From an uncultured Candidatus Poseidoniales archaeon (GTDB lineage Archaea; Thermoplasmatota; Poseidoniia; Poseidoniales; Poseidoniaceae): a stretch of DNA of 64,000 nucleotides. Below are positions 39,476 through 50,130 of the stretch, one piece after another (the stretch's first letter is position 1; each line of letters begins with the position of its first letter). The notes beneath the pieces are model-generated. The model had not been told where the DNA came from and searched no databases. It saw only the letters and a program-made list of their open reading frames with translations. The stretch spans positions 1,849-65,848 of the forward strand of contig CAJJCQ010000013.1 of NCBI GenBank assembly GCA_905182725.1. The letters run 5' to 3'. Position numbers and translations under genes: made by a program.

Positions 39476-40572
39476 TGTCTCGGACACGCACCGCAGAAGA
39501 AACAAAAACTGCAATGCATAAAGTCGTTGCAGAAATGTATGATCGAATCGTCAAAGGTGAACCGCCTACAATGACTCTACCGGTACGAACAAAAACCAAC
39601 ATTGGTTTTGATAAGAAACTCGGTGTATACAAATACGGAAAAAAGCAATCAGTGCGCGATGCAACAAGTCTTGGTTCAGCCAAGCAATTACTTCGGACAT
39701 TACACGTCGTAGAATTCATCGAGGAAATGCTTGATGCTGGAAAATCTTCAACTCTGAGAGAAATGTACTATATTTCTGAAGGATGGGGAATGGGTAAATT
39801 CGGTAGTCAAAATGATTCCAATAACTTGGCAGAGGATTTGGAAATTGTAACGAAATGTTTGCGTGAAGATTTCAAATTACGTCCTGAAGAAGACGGTGCA
39901 CGAATGATTGGAAATTTGACCCTGCGTGAACGAAATCGACGTGGTGAATGGATGCGAATCAATGCACGGGATGACGTCGGTGATTCAGGATATGGCGTAC
40001 CATATAACGTGGAATTAGAGAAGATCGAACTGCTTGAGCATGACATTGATTTCATTATGGCAATCGAGACCGGTGGTATGTTTGACCGTTTGATTGAAAA
40101 TGGATTTGATGAGCAGTACCGTTGTGGATTATTGCACCTCAAAGGACAACCTGCTCGTTCGACTCGACGAATCATGAAACGGATGAGTGAAGAATGGGAT
40201 TTACCCGTTGTTGTCTTCCTTGACGGGGATCCGTGGTCCTTCCGTATCTTTGCTTCAATCGCATATGGTGCTATTAAAACTGCACATATTTCCGAATATT
40301 TGGCAACACCCTCAGCGACGTATCTCGGCATTACTGCCGATGATATTGTTGCGTATGAATTACCAAGTGACGATTTGTCAAAGAAAGATATTGAAGCATT
40401 GAATGCTGAACTCACCGATCCGAGATTTGCCGACAGTTGGTGGCAAGAACAAATCAACATGATGTTGGAGCTTGGAAAGAAAGCTGAGCAACAATCCTTG
40501 GCTAAATACGGTTTAGATTTCGTAACTGAAACCTACTTACCGGAAAAATTAGCCGAATTAGGATTGGCTTGA
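39475..40572 (+). CDS. top6A: DNA topoisomerase VI subunit A (Spo11 homolog)
   Basis: Catalytic-Tyr region LREMYYIS, Toprim IAIETGGMF...DGDPWSFRI; start overlaps the top6B stop. Confidence 0.9.
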   Translation: MSRTRTAEETKTAMHKVVAEMYDRIVKGEPPTMTLPVRTKTNIGFDKKLGVYKYGKKQSVRDATSLGSAKQLLRTLHVVEFIEEMLDAGKSSTLREMYYISEGWGMGKFGSQNDSNNLAEDLEIVTKCLREDFKLRPEEDGARMIGNLTLRERNRRGEWMRINARDDVGDSGYGVPYNVELEKIELLEHDIDFIMAIETGGMFDRLIENGFDEQYRCGLLHLKGQPARSTRRIMKRMSEEWDLPVVVFLDGDPWSFRIFASIAYGAIKTAHISEYLATPSATYLGITADDIVAYELPSDDLSKKDIEALNAELTDPRFADSWWQEQINMMLELGKKAEQQSLAKYGLDFVTETYLPEKLAELGLA

Positions 40573-40614
40573 CACGCGCAAGGATTCATTGAGGAAGAAG
40601 GTTGAGGACAGACC

Positions 40615-41646
40615 ATGGCAGAGAGGGCATCGCAAAAGTCCCCTTGGGCTTCACGCTTGGCAATTCTAGGTGCTCTTTTCCTTGTCATTGGAGCAATTCT
40701 TATTTCTGCACAAAGTGAGACAATTGATTCGGTTTACGACCCTCGACAAATTTCCATCGCTCAAATTGAGGGTGAGGGGTCGGTCACTTTTGATGTTCAA
40801 AAGAATGGATGCTATATGGCAATTGTCTTGGATGGTAAGTCCGACATGGATGTCACATTAACCCCCATTGACGGTTCTGCTGCTGCATCTGAAGATCTTT
40901 CACCAAAATCTTGTTTTTCGGATTGGATTCCAATGGCTTCTGACGGGGAGGCTTTTGAAATTCATGAACAATGGATTGCTGGAGAAAGTGGTGAAATGCT
41001 TGCTCAAAGTACGTGTAATGAAGGATGTGAAGGTCAAACAGTTTGGCTGGTCCATATTGATAATTGGGGGTTAAAACTTTTCGAATCGAGTGGACTGATG
41101 TTTGGATTTGGCATCTGCTGCTTAGGTTTTCTTTTCCTCCCTGTTGCTGGAATTCTTGCATACTCAGCTCGGAGTAATGCGATTCATGGCACTCTAAGAG
41201 TAGTTGGCCAAGACGAGGAAACCCTTCAATCGTTCGAAAATCATGAAGAAATGTTGGCAGCATTACACGATGTGAACAGCCCAATATACATAGGCCCCAA
41301 GAAAGAAGACATCGGAGAAATCACGGAAAGTGAGGATGGATTTGTTGATGGTTCAAAGGATGTTATGCAGGGAACACTCATGACAACTGAACAAGTCTAT
41401 GCTTTCATGAGAGGAGATGCGCCTGAAGTGGTTCACAAAGTCAGTGATCCTTTTGCTGATTCTCCAACACCTGTCATAAAAGAAGTCGAACGCCCTGTTG
41501 CGAACATTACTGAAATTTCAGATTGGGACGCCGGAGGAATAAACGAAATTCAAAAACCCTCATCCCCATCTTCTCGACTAAAACAAAAGGAAACCAGAGA
41601 GAAAAAGGCTGATTCCAAAGATTGGTCGACTTGGGATGACTTGTGA
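40615..41646 (+). CDS. membrane protein (hypothetical)
   Basis: N-terminal TM, Cys-rich extracellular segment, second TM, acidic tail. Confidence 0.35.
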   Translation: MAERASQKSPWASRLAILGALFLVIGAILISAQSETIDSVYDPRQISIAQIEGEGSVTFDVQKNGCYMAIVLDGKSDMDVTLTPIDGSAAASEDLSPKSCFSDWIPMASDGEAFEIHEQWIAGESGEMLAQSTCNEGCEGQTVWLVHIDNWGLKLFESSGLMFGFGICCLGFLFLPVAGILAYSARSNAIHGTLRVVGQDEETLQSFENHEEMLAALHDVNSPIYIGPKKEDIGEITESEDGFVDGSKDVMQGTLMTTEQVYAFMRGDAPEVVHKVSDPFADSPTPVIKEVERPVANITEISDWDAGGINEIQKPSSPSSRLKQKETREKKADSKDWSTWDDL

Positions 41647-41771
41647 AGAATTGATTGTATTGTATTACTTTCAAGTCACAGATGCCTTGTTTCTTCTGCA
41701 ATTTTAACACTCATTGTTTCTACTGTATGCTTAATGAAAGGCTCGAATGGCAACCGTGACTCTACCTCTAT

Positions 41772-42602
41772 GTGAGGCGTAAAGCGATTGTATTGAGCGA
41801 CGGATTCAAAGGGTGCTTATGTCTAGGTAACTCCGAGTTGACCAGTGTGGAAGATATTGACACCGCCCTAACCCTGCTTCAAAACAAGCTACGTCGACAG
41901 ATTCTCGAACGGTTAGTTCGTGAACCGCACTACCCTATGCAACTTGCTGATTTGCTCAATGTGAGTCAACAAGCAATCGTCAAACATTTACGTGAATTGG
42001 AACGTGGAAATTTTGTAACCAAAATGAAAGTAGCGAGTGAGAAAGGTGGACCTCCTCGGACCATTTACAGTGTACAACAGTCGATTTCTCTACGAATAGA
42101 CCTCGGGCCAGACTTATTCCTTTGCGAACAACGAAGCCTACCAGCAGGAGGGCCGATGAGATTATCCAATCGTTTACCAGATACGACTGAGCATGTGGTT
42201 AAATCCGTCAGTGGACGCAAGAAAATCTCTGTTGGTGAAGGAATGGCTCATATTCAACATCTTAACAGCGTACTCGAAGGAATCGATGCTCAAAGAGATG
42301 CAGTTATCGCTTTACATCAGCATATTCGGAATCGTATATCGGCAGGAGTTGATGCCGACTTTGATCATTACCAACAACGGACCATGGTCCACAGCATTAT
42401 CGAGGCGCCTGAACGGAAGTTAGACCTCACCGATTTACGCAGAGAATTACAACTTGGACAAACCGAAATGGCAACCTTACTCGATGAGGTCCGTAACCGG
42501 CTTGAACGCCAATTATCAGACCGTTCCGGGCATGTCATCGCTGTTCCAAACAACTCTGACCTCCGATTCTGGCTCGGTTCACTTCCTCGAAAGAAGGAGT
42601 GA
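41772..42602 (+). CDS. ArsR-like winged-helix transcriptional regulator with C-terminal extension
   Basis: LRRQILERLVREPHYPMQLADLLNVSQQAIVKHLRELERGNFV. Confidence 0.5.
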   Translation: MRRKAIVLSDGFKGCLCLGNSELTSVEDIDTALTLLQNKLRRQILERLVREPHYPMQLADLLNVSQQAIVKHLRELERGNFVTKMKVASEKGGPPRTIYSVQQSISLRIDLGPDLFLCEQRSLPAGGPMRLSNRLPDTTEHVVKSVSGRKKISVGEGMAHIQHLNSVLEGIDAQRDAVIALHQHIRNRISAGVDADFDHYQQRTMVHSIIEAPERKLDLTDLRRELQLGQTEMATLLDEVRNRLERQLSDRSGHVIAVPNNSDLRFWLGSLPRKKE

Positions 42603-42614
42603 AGTTTTACCGAA

Positions 42615-45600
42615 TCAGGAGTCGTTACCGGCCAAGACCGATACAAGAGAAGATTGCTCAGCCTTTCGGTCCAAGACATCCTGTCGTCGTCCACGTCCAA
42701 CGAGGTAAACCACGCCGAACAATGCGAGTGTCAAGAGAATCACTGCGAATGGAAGGGCCGTTTTACCGACGACTTCACCTGCAACGTCCAAAATGCCACC
42801 GGTTGATTGCAATTCATTCTCAACACGCTTGATGTTATCACTTTCTTGTGTTTCCACGATTGAATTCGAAGGATCAACAATCACATAGACGCCATGACTA
42901 CCAGCAGATACTGGGTAGAGAAGAACTAATTCGATTTCCTTGTAATCTTCAGAATTATCAGGTGCAAGAAGAGCTCCAATGACTTGACGCATGACGATGT
43001 TTTCATCAGCGCATCCATTTTTCTTAATTTCATTAAGCGTATCAACATCGGAATTTGGATACTCACACAATATAATTTCAATATCAGTCGCATGTGTGTT
43101 TCCGTTGTTTTGCAGAACAACACGTATTGGGATGGTTGTATCAACATCACCTGTGAAGTCAGATGCGGTTACTTCAGAAATAACCAAGTTCGGAGCACGC
43201 AGTCGAAGTGTAACAATGAATTCATTCGTATCAAGATTCTCAGCAGCCCAAGATGGTGAATCATCGTGGTCGCCATCTTCGAGCATGTTGCCCATCTTTG
43301 AAACGACCTTGAGACCAATGCTACGAGTGTCGAGTTTTGCAGATGGTGCAATCTTCACAATAGCAACAACAGGATAAGTCGTGTAAGGGTCCATCATTGG
43401 CATGAAGTAACGCTCATCGGATTCGAGATAAACACAACGGTCGCTCAGATCTGCAAAGACTGTTGCAGGATCGATTGATGCGTCTTCGTCTCCAGTGACT
43501 GTGGCGATTGATGCAACCGTTTCACATTCTTCTTCGGTTGTCAAATCAGTTCCAATTTGCTTCACCAAGCGCCATTCGACAGCCCAGCCATCAAGTGCGC
43601 CCATTCCAGGCAACTCATTCCAAATCAATGCTTCACCATCACGGCTAGCAGTGTGATTGTTGAGGGTTGGCCAGTCAGGAACGTTTCCATTATTGGTGAT
43701 GTTCAATTCGAAACGAACAATACGCCCAGGAGCCGATGTCTTGATGGCGTTATCGACTGTTGAATCCATGCTGATTTGCATGTCATAGAATTCCTGCACA
43801 TAGACTGGAATAGTCTGTGTGTAGCGTAGTCGAGTAAGTCGGCCACTGGCATCAGGATATGATTCTTCAGAGAAGGTCTGGAAGACAACCATGTACACAC
43901 CTGCTTCAACTTGATCTGGTACATTCATATCAATCTCGAAGATTTGGTCGGTATCACGGGACAGTTCCTTGAGTGTTTCACGAGGTACATCGATGTCCCA
44001 GATGACGTCGACGCCTGCTGGGTCAGTGACTCGAGCAAGACGGTAATCGAATCGATCAGGACCGTTACCAAGATTCATAACCGTGGTTGTTAGACTGACT
44101 TGTTGACCTGGATTCACTGGGAGGACTTCTTGTCCGTTCAGTGTCATCATGTCTTCATCAGCGATGTCGGCACTTGCAATCAAAGAGTACACGTGGTTGA
44201 CATTGGTTGAGAGAATCTTAGAGGCTGAAATTCGCGGATATCCGTCGAGGTATGCTTTGAGAATCACAGCAGGTCCAAGACCAGCAGAGGCGCCCGTTGG
44301 AGCACAAACTTCTACGCCAACTTCGTACGTGACATATTCTGCACCAGGTGGAAGCGTCCAAGCTCTTGGTTCACTCATTTCAATTGAATTGCCACCAGGG
44401 GCATTAGAAAAGTCGAGGGTCAAAACCCAGTTGTCAACTCTCCATGCATCCATCGAAATGGTATCTGGTTTCGCATCAGGTGCACCTGGAGTGACGAAGA
44501 CGAGATTGCCAGAATCGAAATTCTTAGTGACGTCAATTGGATAGGTTACACATTCTCCAGGGTCAACGTATTCACTGGTATCGAATATTTCCATGACGAT
44601 ATTTCCAGTTGAACGGATGGATACGAATACACCGAGTTCGAGAACGTCGTAGGTTCCTTTTTCGATTGACTTGATCGGTTCGCCTTCAGACCAACCTTTG
44701 AGATAAATCACAAACGCACCGGGATCTTCAGATGTAGGGACAAGAACTTCGAGGTTCTTCGTCACTGATTGTCCAGGGTCTAATTCAACACTGGTTGGGA
44801 AGTTAACAGCCCAGTTAAACGGTAAGAGCCATTCTTGTTGGCCTTCCAAGGTGTAAGGGTCCCAGAAGATAAATCGGTCATTGACGTTACCTGTATTGGT
44901 AATGGTTATTGAGAAAATCGCTGTCTGTCCTTGTTCAACATCTGCCATACTGTGCGAAGTATCGAGATTTATTCCGTGTACGACATCCATAAGCGTACGA
45001 GTGATGATGTCGGATTGGATCGCTGGATCTTTGTACGATTTCGCAGTTACAGTAATATCTGCAAGTTGGTCTGCATCAGCTTGGTAAACAGACGGGGCAC
45101 GAATGCGCATGTAGAACCGGATATCTTCTCCACCTTCGAGGAAGATGGCCGTATCTGGCATGATGGTCGTGTGGTTGTCAGCAAAGAACAATGTCGCTGT
45201 CCAATTTTGAGGGACTCCAGAAATGTTGAGTCCGAATGTATCTGCGACGAGGTCTTTTGGACCAGGTGTCGAATTGTTCATTGTCATGTTGTAGATGGTT
45301 TGTTCTCCAGGTTCAATAACGTGGTAGAATGTTTCTCCATCTTGGAATTCAACATCGACTTGGCCGGTGAGAACGTGTGAATAACAAATCGTAAAGCGAT
45401 TGTTATTGGCTTCTTCACTGCATTTGTTGGTATCAGACCAAGCAATATGCGCACCGCTGCCCAAATCATTGGAGAATGCTGGTGGCATTCCGATGCTTGG
45501 CTGGCTGCCAGAATTTGGGCCAAGTTTGTTACTTGCCCACGAAGTGACTGCAACTGCGTCCCAAGGATCTAATGCAGTAATACCAGGTCCGGTAAGGTCG

Positions 45601-47702
45601 GTAGAATTCAAACGAGTGTAGAGGATTTCTTCATCGGCTGTTGCGTTTCCTGAATCAACCCAAGCGATGTGGATGTTGTTTTGATCATCGGTCAAAAGAG
45701 CAGGGAACACAGAGTTGCCGCCGTATGGGCGGTTACCAGGGATTCCAGAGTTGCCTTCAACGTTCGAGATTGGGGTGTCTTGGATTTTCTTAATTGCGTA
45801 AGTGGAAAGACCTTGATCTGCTCCATCCCAAGCACCTGCTCCTTGCAAGCGGAGTTTGGTGTAGAAGACTTCGTAATTGACGCCCTTTTCGAAACCATAG
45901 TTTCGGCCATCCATCCAAGCAATGTGTGTGTTGCCTTTCATGTCCACGCCAATCGAAGGGTGGAAGGAATAAGCGTCATCGATGGTCACTCGAGTGTCGT
46001 TGACGACTACGAGGTGCCCGTCTGCGCCAGCACCGGTATCTTCGGCGTATGCACCGCCAACGATTGAGTGGCCGGTTGCGCCAGGCGTCCATGTAGGGTC
46101 GTTATTCATCTTGCCATAGGGGTCAAGAACAGACATGTAGATTTCACGGGAGTTGTTGGTCGAGATGTAGACCATTGCTTCGACCAGAAGGGCCATTGCG
46201 TTGCTACCGCCGGATCCCGACGGGAATTCGTAGGCTTGACCGCCGGCGTCAGAATTTCGGAGTGTATTGCCCGGGCAGTTACGGGTTGAAGTTGAAACAA
46301 CACTGTTCGGGCATTGAACCAAGTCCATGAAGTGGGATTGGATGTTTCCAGCGCCACCGTAGCCTTGGCCGTAGAGGCCGACTGGAATGACACCAGCATT
46401 GATACAGTTATCGTGAGCCTCTTCGATAGAGGTCAAGTCATCTGCTTGTTGAGATGGGTCACCGTCTTTTGGTCCTTCATCAGAAACGGGGATGACAATC
46501 TTGGTTGCGTTCGGGTTCCACTTGTGGTCGTCTTGAGTTGGAGGGTTACCTGGAACGTTGCCAGATGCATCCTTCCAAGACAAACAAGCCCAGTTGCTTC
46601 CAGGGCCCCAATCTTCACCGGAGTATCCGGAATAGGTATTGCCGTTGTAAACAGTACCCGGCAACTTGCGAATTCCACCGGAATCGTCACCTGGGAATTG
46701 TCCGAGAGCGGTTGTTCGAGGGCCTGCGTTTTGGTTATATCCTGCACAGTTACCGGAGCTTGCTGCGCCAGGGAGTGTGTTTCCAAGACCGTAGATTGTT
46801 TCGTAAACGGTCATGTTTGCAGTTTCAAGCATTGGCTTAATGCCTTGGAAATATCCACCAGAAGCAAAGTTTCCGCCGTAAACTACTGTGCAGATATCTG
46901 CCCACTCGGAATACATCGAACCAGATGTGTCGACAATGAAGTTCAATTCGACCTTGCCACCACGGGTATCGTCCCAGGCGATTTGAACGTAATCGTTCGC
47001 ATCGACAACGATGTCGGGGTGTCCTTTGTGCCCGATAATCGGTGTGAGTAAGGTGTCATCGAAATTCGTGATGACTGAGCCTGAACTAATGTCTGGGCTG
47101 AGCATGGTGTAGTAGATTTGAGGTTGGTTGAAGAAACGACCTAATTCATCATAGGAATCTTCCCAAGCAATGTGGACGCCGCCTTGACTGTCGATATCGA
47201 TTGCTGGCCAATCGCGGTTTTGAGCACGGCTTGATACAACGTGATCGTTGATTGCAGAGAGGGTCCCGTCGTCAGAAGCGGAACCGTCCATTGCCGCTGC
47301 CCATGGGTTAAGGACGGTATAGACGATTTTATGTTGGCCTGACTTGTCAGCCCACACGACGTGCACTTTGTCATTATCGTCGACGACCATATCAGGATGC
47401 CAGATCTTGTGAAGGCCTGGATTTGTGATTTGAGTTGTATCAATCAATGTCTCGCCACGTGGAGAAATCATTGAATAGTAAAGATGGAGGTTGTTTCGAG
47501 CCCAAACGACGTGGACGTTTCCTTCGCTGTCGGAACCGACTGCTGTTTGTGTATCTGCCGAAGTTCCACCGTCGACGATTTGAATCGCATCGGTGATAAC
47601 AACAGTATTTGCTGTGGCAGTAAGAGTTGTCAAGAACAACGTCGAAAGGACGGAGAGCAACATAATCGATACAAGGCTGACTGACTTTATTTTTTGACCC
47701 AT
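42615..47702 (-). CDS. giant (1695 aa) cell-surface protein with VWA domain, repeated HxAW.D blades and CARDB/DUF11-like Ig domains, C-terminal TM anchor
   Basis: Signal peptide; repeats HVVWAR, HVVWADKSG, HIAWEDSY, QIAWDDTRGG, HIAWMDGRNYG, HIAWVDSGN, HIAWSDTN; VWA MIDAS FIVDTSGSMYS; repeated ...TN.GN..D modules; C-terminal LPFAVILLTLALFGVVYLV. Confidence 0.7.
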   Translation of the reverse strand: MGQKIKSVSLVSIMLLSVLSTLFLTTLTATANTVVITDAIQIVDGGTSADTQTAVGSDSEGNVHVVWARNNLHLYYSMISPRGETLIDTTQITNPGLHKIWHPDMVVDDNDKVHVVWADKSGQHKIVYTVLNPWAAAMDGSASDDGTLSAINDHVVSSRAQNRDWPAIDIDSQGGVHIAWEDSYDELGRFFNQPQIYYTMLSPDISSGSVITNFDDTLLTPIIGHKGHPDIVVDANDYVQIAWDDTRGGKVELNFIVDTSGSMYSEWADICTVVYGGNFASGGYFQGIKPMLETANMTVYETIYGLGNTLPGAASSGNCAGYNQNAGPRTTALGQFPGDDSGGIRKLPGTVYNGNTYSGYSGEDWGPGSNWACLSWKDASGNVPGNPPTQDDHKWNPNATKIVIPVSDEGPKDGDPSQQADDLTSIEEAHDNCINAGVIPVGLYGQGYGGAGNIQSHFMDLVQCPNSVVSTSTRNCPGNTLRNSDAGGQAYEFPSGSGGSNAMALLVEAMVYISTNNSREIYMSVLDPYGKMNNDPTWTPGATGHSIVGGAYAEDTGAGADGHLVVVNDTRVTIDDAYSFHPSIGVDMKGNTHIAWMDGRNYGFEKGVNYEVFYTKLRLQGAGAWDGADQGLSTYAIKKIQDTPISNVEGNSGIPGNRPYGGNSVFPALLTDDQNNIHIAWVDSGNATADEEILYTRLNSTDLTGPGITALDPWDAVAVTSWASNKLGPNSGSQPSIGMPPAFSNDLGSGAHIAWSDTNKCSEEANNNRFTICYSHVLTGQVDVEFQDGETFYHVIEPGEQTIYNMTMNNSTPGPKDLVADTFGLNISGVPQNWTATLFFADNHTTIMPDTAIFLEGGEDIRFYMRIRAPSVYQADADQLADITVTAKSYKDPAIQSDIITRTLMDVVHGINLDTSHSMADVEQGQTAIFSITITNTGNVNDRFIFWDPYTLEGQQEWLLPFNWAVNFPTSVELDPGQSVTKNLEVLVPTSEDPGAFVIYLKGWSEGEPIKSIEKGTYDVLELGVFVSIRSTGNIVMEIFDTSEYVDPGECVTYPIDVTKNFDSGNLVFVTPGAPDAKPDTISMDAWRVDNWVLTLDFSNAPGGNSIEMSEPRAWTLPPGAEYVTYEVGVEVCAPTGASAGLGPAVILKAYLDGYPRISASKILSTNVNHVYSLIASADIADEDMMTLNGQEVLPVNPGQQVSLTTTVMNLGNGPDRFDYRLARVTDPAGVDVIWDIDVPRETLKELSRDTDQIFEIDMNVPDQVEAGVYMVVFQTFSEESYPDASGRLTRLRYTQTIPVYVQEFYDMQISMDSTVDNAIKTSAPGRIVRFELNITNNGNVPDWPTLNNHTASRDGEALIWNELPGMGALDGWAVEWRLVKQIGTDLTTEEECETVASIATVTGDEDASIDPATVFADLSDRCVYLESDERYFMPMMDPYTTYPVVAIVKIAPSAKLDTRSIGLKVVSKMGNMLEDGDHDDSPSWAAENLDTNEFIVTLRLRAPNLVISEVTASDFTGDVDTTIPIRVVLQNNGNTHATDIEIILCEYPNSDVDTLNEIKKNGCADENIVMRQVIGALLAPDNSEDYKEIELVLLYPVSAGSHGVYVIVDPSNSIVETQESDNIKRVENELQSTGGILDVAGEVVGKTALPFAVILLTLALFGVVYLVGRGRRQDVLDRKAEQSSLVSVLAGNDS

Positions 47703-47811
47703 AAATACACATCCAAGGTGATACTGAAGAAAAGCACACTCTCATGCTACTTAATAGCAACTCTTTCAAGTCATTTTTTTAATTCGGAAACGGAGTGCCG
47801 AAACCGAGGCA

Positions 47812-48474
47812 TTAAGCCCATTCAGAAGGATCAAAACCAGAGCCAAAAGACATCTTTTCATCGAATTCAATTTCGTGATGTGTCGACTGGTCCGGACCTT
47901 CGTTTGACACTGGAGGGACATCTTTTCCTTCCTGTTTGGCTTTCACCCAATCATCGACCGGTCCGGGCTTTCCGACTCCGGGGCCGTGTGTGAATTTGAT
48001 CTCATGAATTATTCCGAGCTTTGCGAGCCATAATCTTCTGAGGGTGTGCATAAATTCGTTCTTGGTTAAGCCATCAAACCAAAGAGGTAAACTCACATTG
48101 AAGGCTTGAAGAGGTCCGATTTTTTGATCTCCTTGGTGGCCCATGTGGATTCCCCAATCGACGCTGGTGCGTATCAATTGAAGACGAACATCGTGAATCC
48201 ATTCCAACCATGTATCGTTATCTTCTTTCATATGAGTCGCCATTTCCTTTTGTTGGCCTTCATCGACTCGGGTCATACTGGAAACGGCAACGAGGTCTCG
48301 ACCTTTTGGAATGACCACGGCGAACATGTGGCCTTGAGGGCCCTGGGGATAACGAATAAGCAGATGAATTTCTGCGCGTGGATCTTTTTGCTCTTTTGCA
48401 ACAAGTCGTTCTTGTTCGACCCATTTACGGATTTTGAGAATCGCTTCCTCACTCGCCATGAAGAGCCGAAGCAC
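47812..48474 (-). CDS. hypothetical protein
   Basis: 220-aa ORF, no recognised motif. Confidence 0.3.
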   Translation of the reverse strand: MLRLFMASEEAILKIRKWVEQERLVAKEQKDPRAEIHLLIRYPQGPQGHMFAVVIPKGRDLVAVSSMTRVDEGQQKEMATHMKEDNDTWLEWIHDVRLQLIRTSVDWGIHMGHQGDQKIGPLQAFNVSLPLWFDGLTKNEFMHTLRRLWLAKLGIIHEIKFTHGPGVGKPGPVDDWVKAKQEGKDVPPVSNEGPDQSTHHEIEFDEKMSFGSGFDPSEWA

Positions 48475-48507
48475 TCCTCTCGTTTGAAGAACACCCTTTT
48501 TGAAACC

Positions 48508-50130
48508 TTACAGTTTATCCATCTCAGCATGAAGGTTTTTCAATGCTCCGCGGAGATTTTGACGATTTGTTTTATTGAATCTCAAACGGCGAAGAGCACG
48601 TTGGAAGTCACACCAATCATCCCATAGCAACGTCGATGTTCTTCCACTGAGCCAAAAACACGGTGGAAGCGCGACGAGGAATGTACCCATTGCCGCAGTT
48701 ACATGGAGAGAAGAGGACCCGTATATTGAATACCAATCGAAACCGATGAGCGATTCTACAGAGTCGTGATACATGTGTTCAATTCCTAATCCCCCAAGTG
48801 CCATGAAAGGCCAAAACATCAGAGAGCCAAACATTGCTGCGAGAAACTGGTACGAAGTTCGGGCATCGACTCCTTCATCGGTTGAATCTCCAAGAAGCCT
48901 TCCGATTGCAATCTGGGGAGTAAAACAAAACAGGAACATTGGTAATAAAGCCAAGAAGAAAGGCAATCGTACCAATTTCTGAATAATTCGCAGAGGGCGG
49001 ACCTTGCGTAAATCAGTACCCGATGCATTGAGGTCTCGGCCATCCAATTGTTGTGCTTGTAATAATCCCGATACCGCTTTAGCGGGCTTGATGGCAGGAC
49101 TTGTGATGACGGGTAATTCGGAATTATCAATTATTTTTTCATCCGATAATGGGGGTTGTAACAAGGTGCGGAAGACCCGTGCAGCTTCGACTTCTTGCTT
49201 CCATGAAAGAAGCGGTTGATTGGCCCTTCTCGACTCGACATGGCCCAAAATATGGAGTGCGTTGTTTTCATCCCAATCATGCGCATTTGGAGTCATAGGT
49301 GTGAGTTGGAGTCGGAGAGCATCACGGAGAGCATAGACATTCTCAGCAGCAGGTTCAACCCAATTCCCTTTGGACACTGCTTCGACGAGGTCGTTTGGAA
49401 TATCTTCTGCTTGAAGAGAGTGAGGTGGACCGTATTCAATCCACACATCTGTTCGGAAATGATCCCGTCTCCTGAAATGTAAGCCGGTTGGAATCACTGC
49501 TGGAATTGGTTTACCCTCTGATTTCGCAATGGCTGCTGCTGCAAAAACGGTACGGAATGGTCCTGTTCTAAAGCGAAGCATCGATGAATCATTGTGGCTG
49601 GTGCCTTCGGGAAACAGCACACATCCGAAGCCTGCGGAAATTCCTTGGGCCAGCATCAAAAGAGAACGGCCATTGATTTGTGTCGCTTCTTCCTCACTGC
49701 ACCCGCCTCGTAAAAGTTCTGCTTTACGGACAACAGGTTGTACTGCTAATTTCCGAGTCCACCACCCGAGGAAGGGCCGGGTTACCAAATCATGACGGCC
49801 CCCCATTACGAAATTATTCGGATGTTTTAGTACAATTTGCAGTGGGTCCATGAGACCGTTCGTGTGCCATGCACAACAGAGATTACCGCGGTCAAGAGGT
49901 AAGGTTTCGGTACCTGTGACTTCACTGGTTCGGAACTGAACTGCAAGGATTCGGCGAGCAATCCAAAAAGCAATGTTCGACCAAACAAAGGAGCCCGGGG
50001 TATTGCCGTCGAAAGATGGCATTGGCGTTGATAATAATTTATCCATTTTCATCTTCGTTGCCGACTTTGAGAGTACTGGCAAATCTTCACCGTGATGATC
50101 TGTATTCGTTGAGTCTTGTGAATTCGTCAA
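48508..50130 (-). CDS. PlsC-family lysophospholipid/glycerol-phosphate acyltransferase-like protein with C-terminal membrane domain
   Basis: HX4-5D-like AWHTNGLMD and FPEGTSHND (FPEGTR block) acyltransferase motifs; C-terminal TM helices; 4-nt overlap with the upstream HIT gene. Confidence 0.5.
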   Translation of the reverse strand: MTNSQDSTNTDHHGEDLPVLSKSATKMKMDKLLSTPMPSFDGNTPGSFVWSNIAFWIARRILAVQFRTSEVTGTETLPLDRGNLCCAWHTNGLMDPLQIVLKHPNNFVMGGRHDLVTRPFLGWWTRKLAVQPVVRKAELLRGGCSEEEATQINGRSLLMLAQGISAGFGCVLFPEGTSHNDSSMLRFRTGPFRTVFAAAAIAKSEGKPIPAVIPTGLHFRRRDHFRTDVWIEYGPPHSLQAEDIPNDLVEAVSKGNWVEPAAENVYALRDALRLQLTPMTPNAHDWDENNALHILGHVESRRANQPLLSWKQEVEAARVFRTLLQPPLSDEKIIDNSELPVITSPAIKPAKAVSGLLQAQQLDGRDLNASGTDLRKVRPLRIIQKLVRLPFFLALLPMFLFCFTPQIAIGRLLGDSTDEGVDARTSYQFLAAMFGSLMFWPFMALGGLGIEHMYHDSVESLIGFDWYSIYGSSSLHVTAAMGTFLVALPPCFWLSGRTSTLLWDDWCDFQRALRRLRFNKTNRQNLRGALKNLHAEMDKL

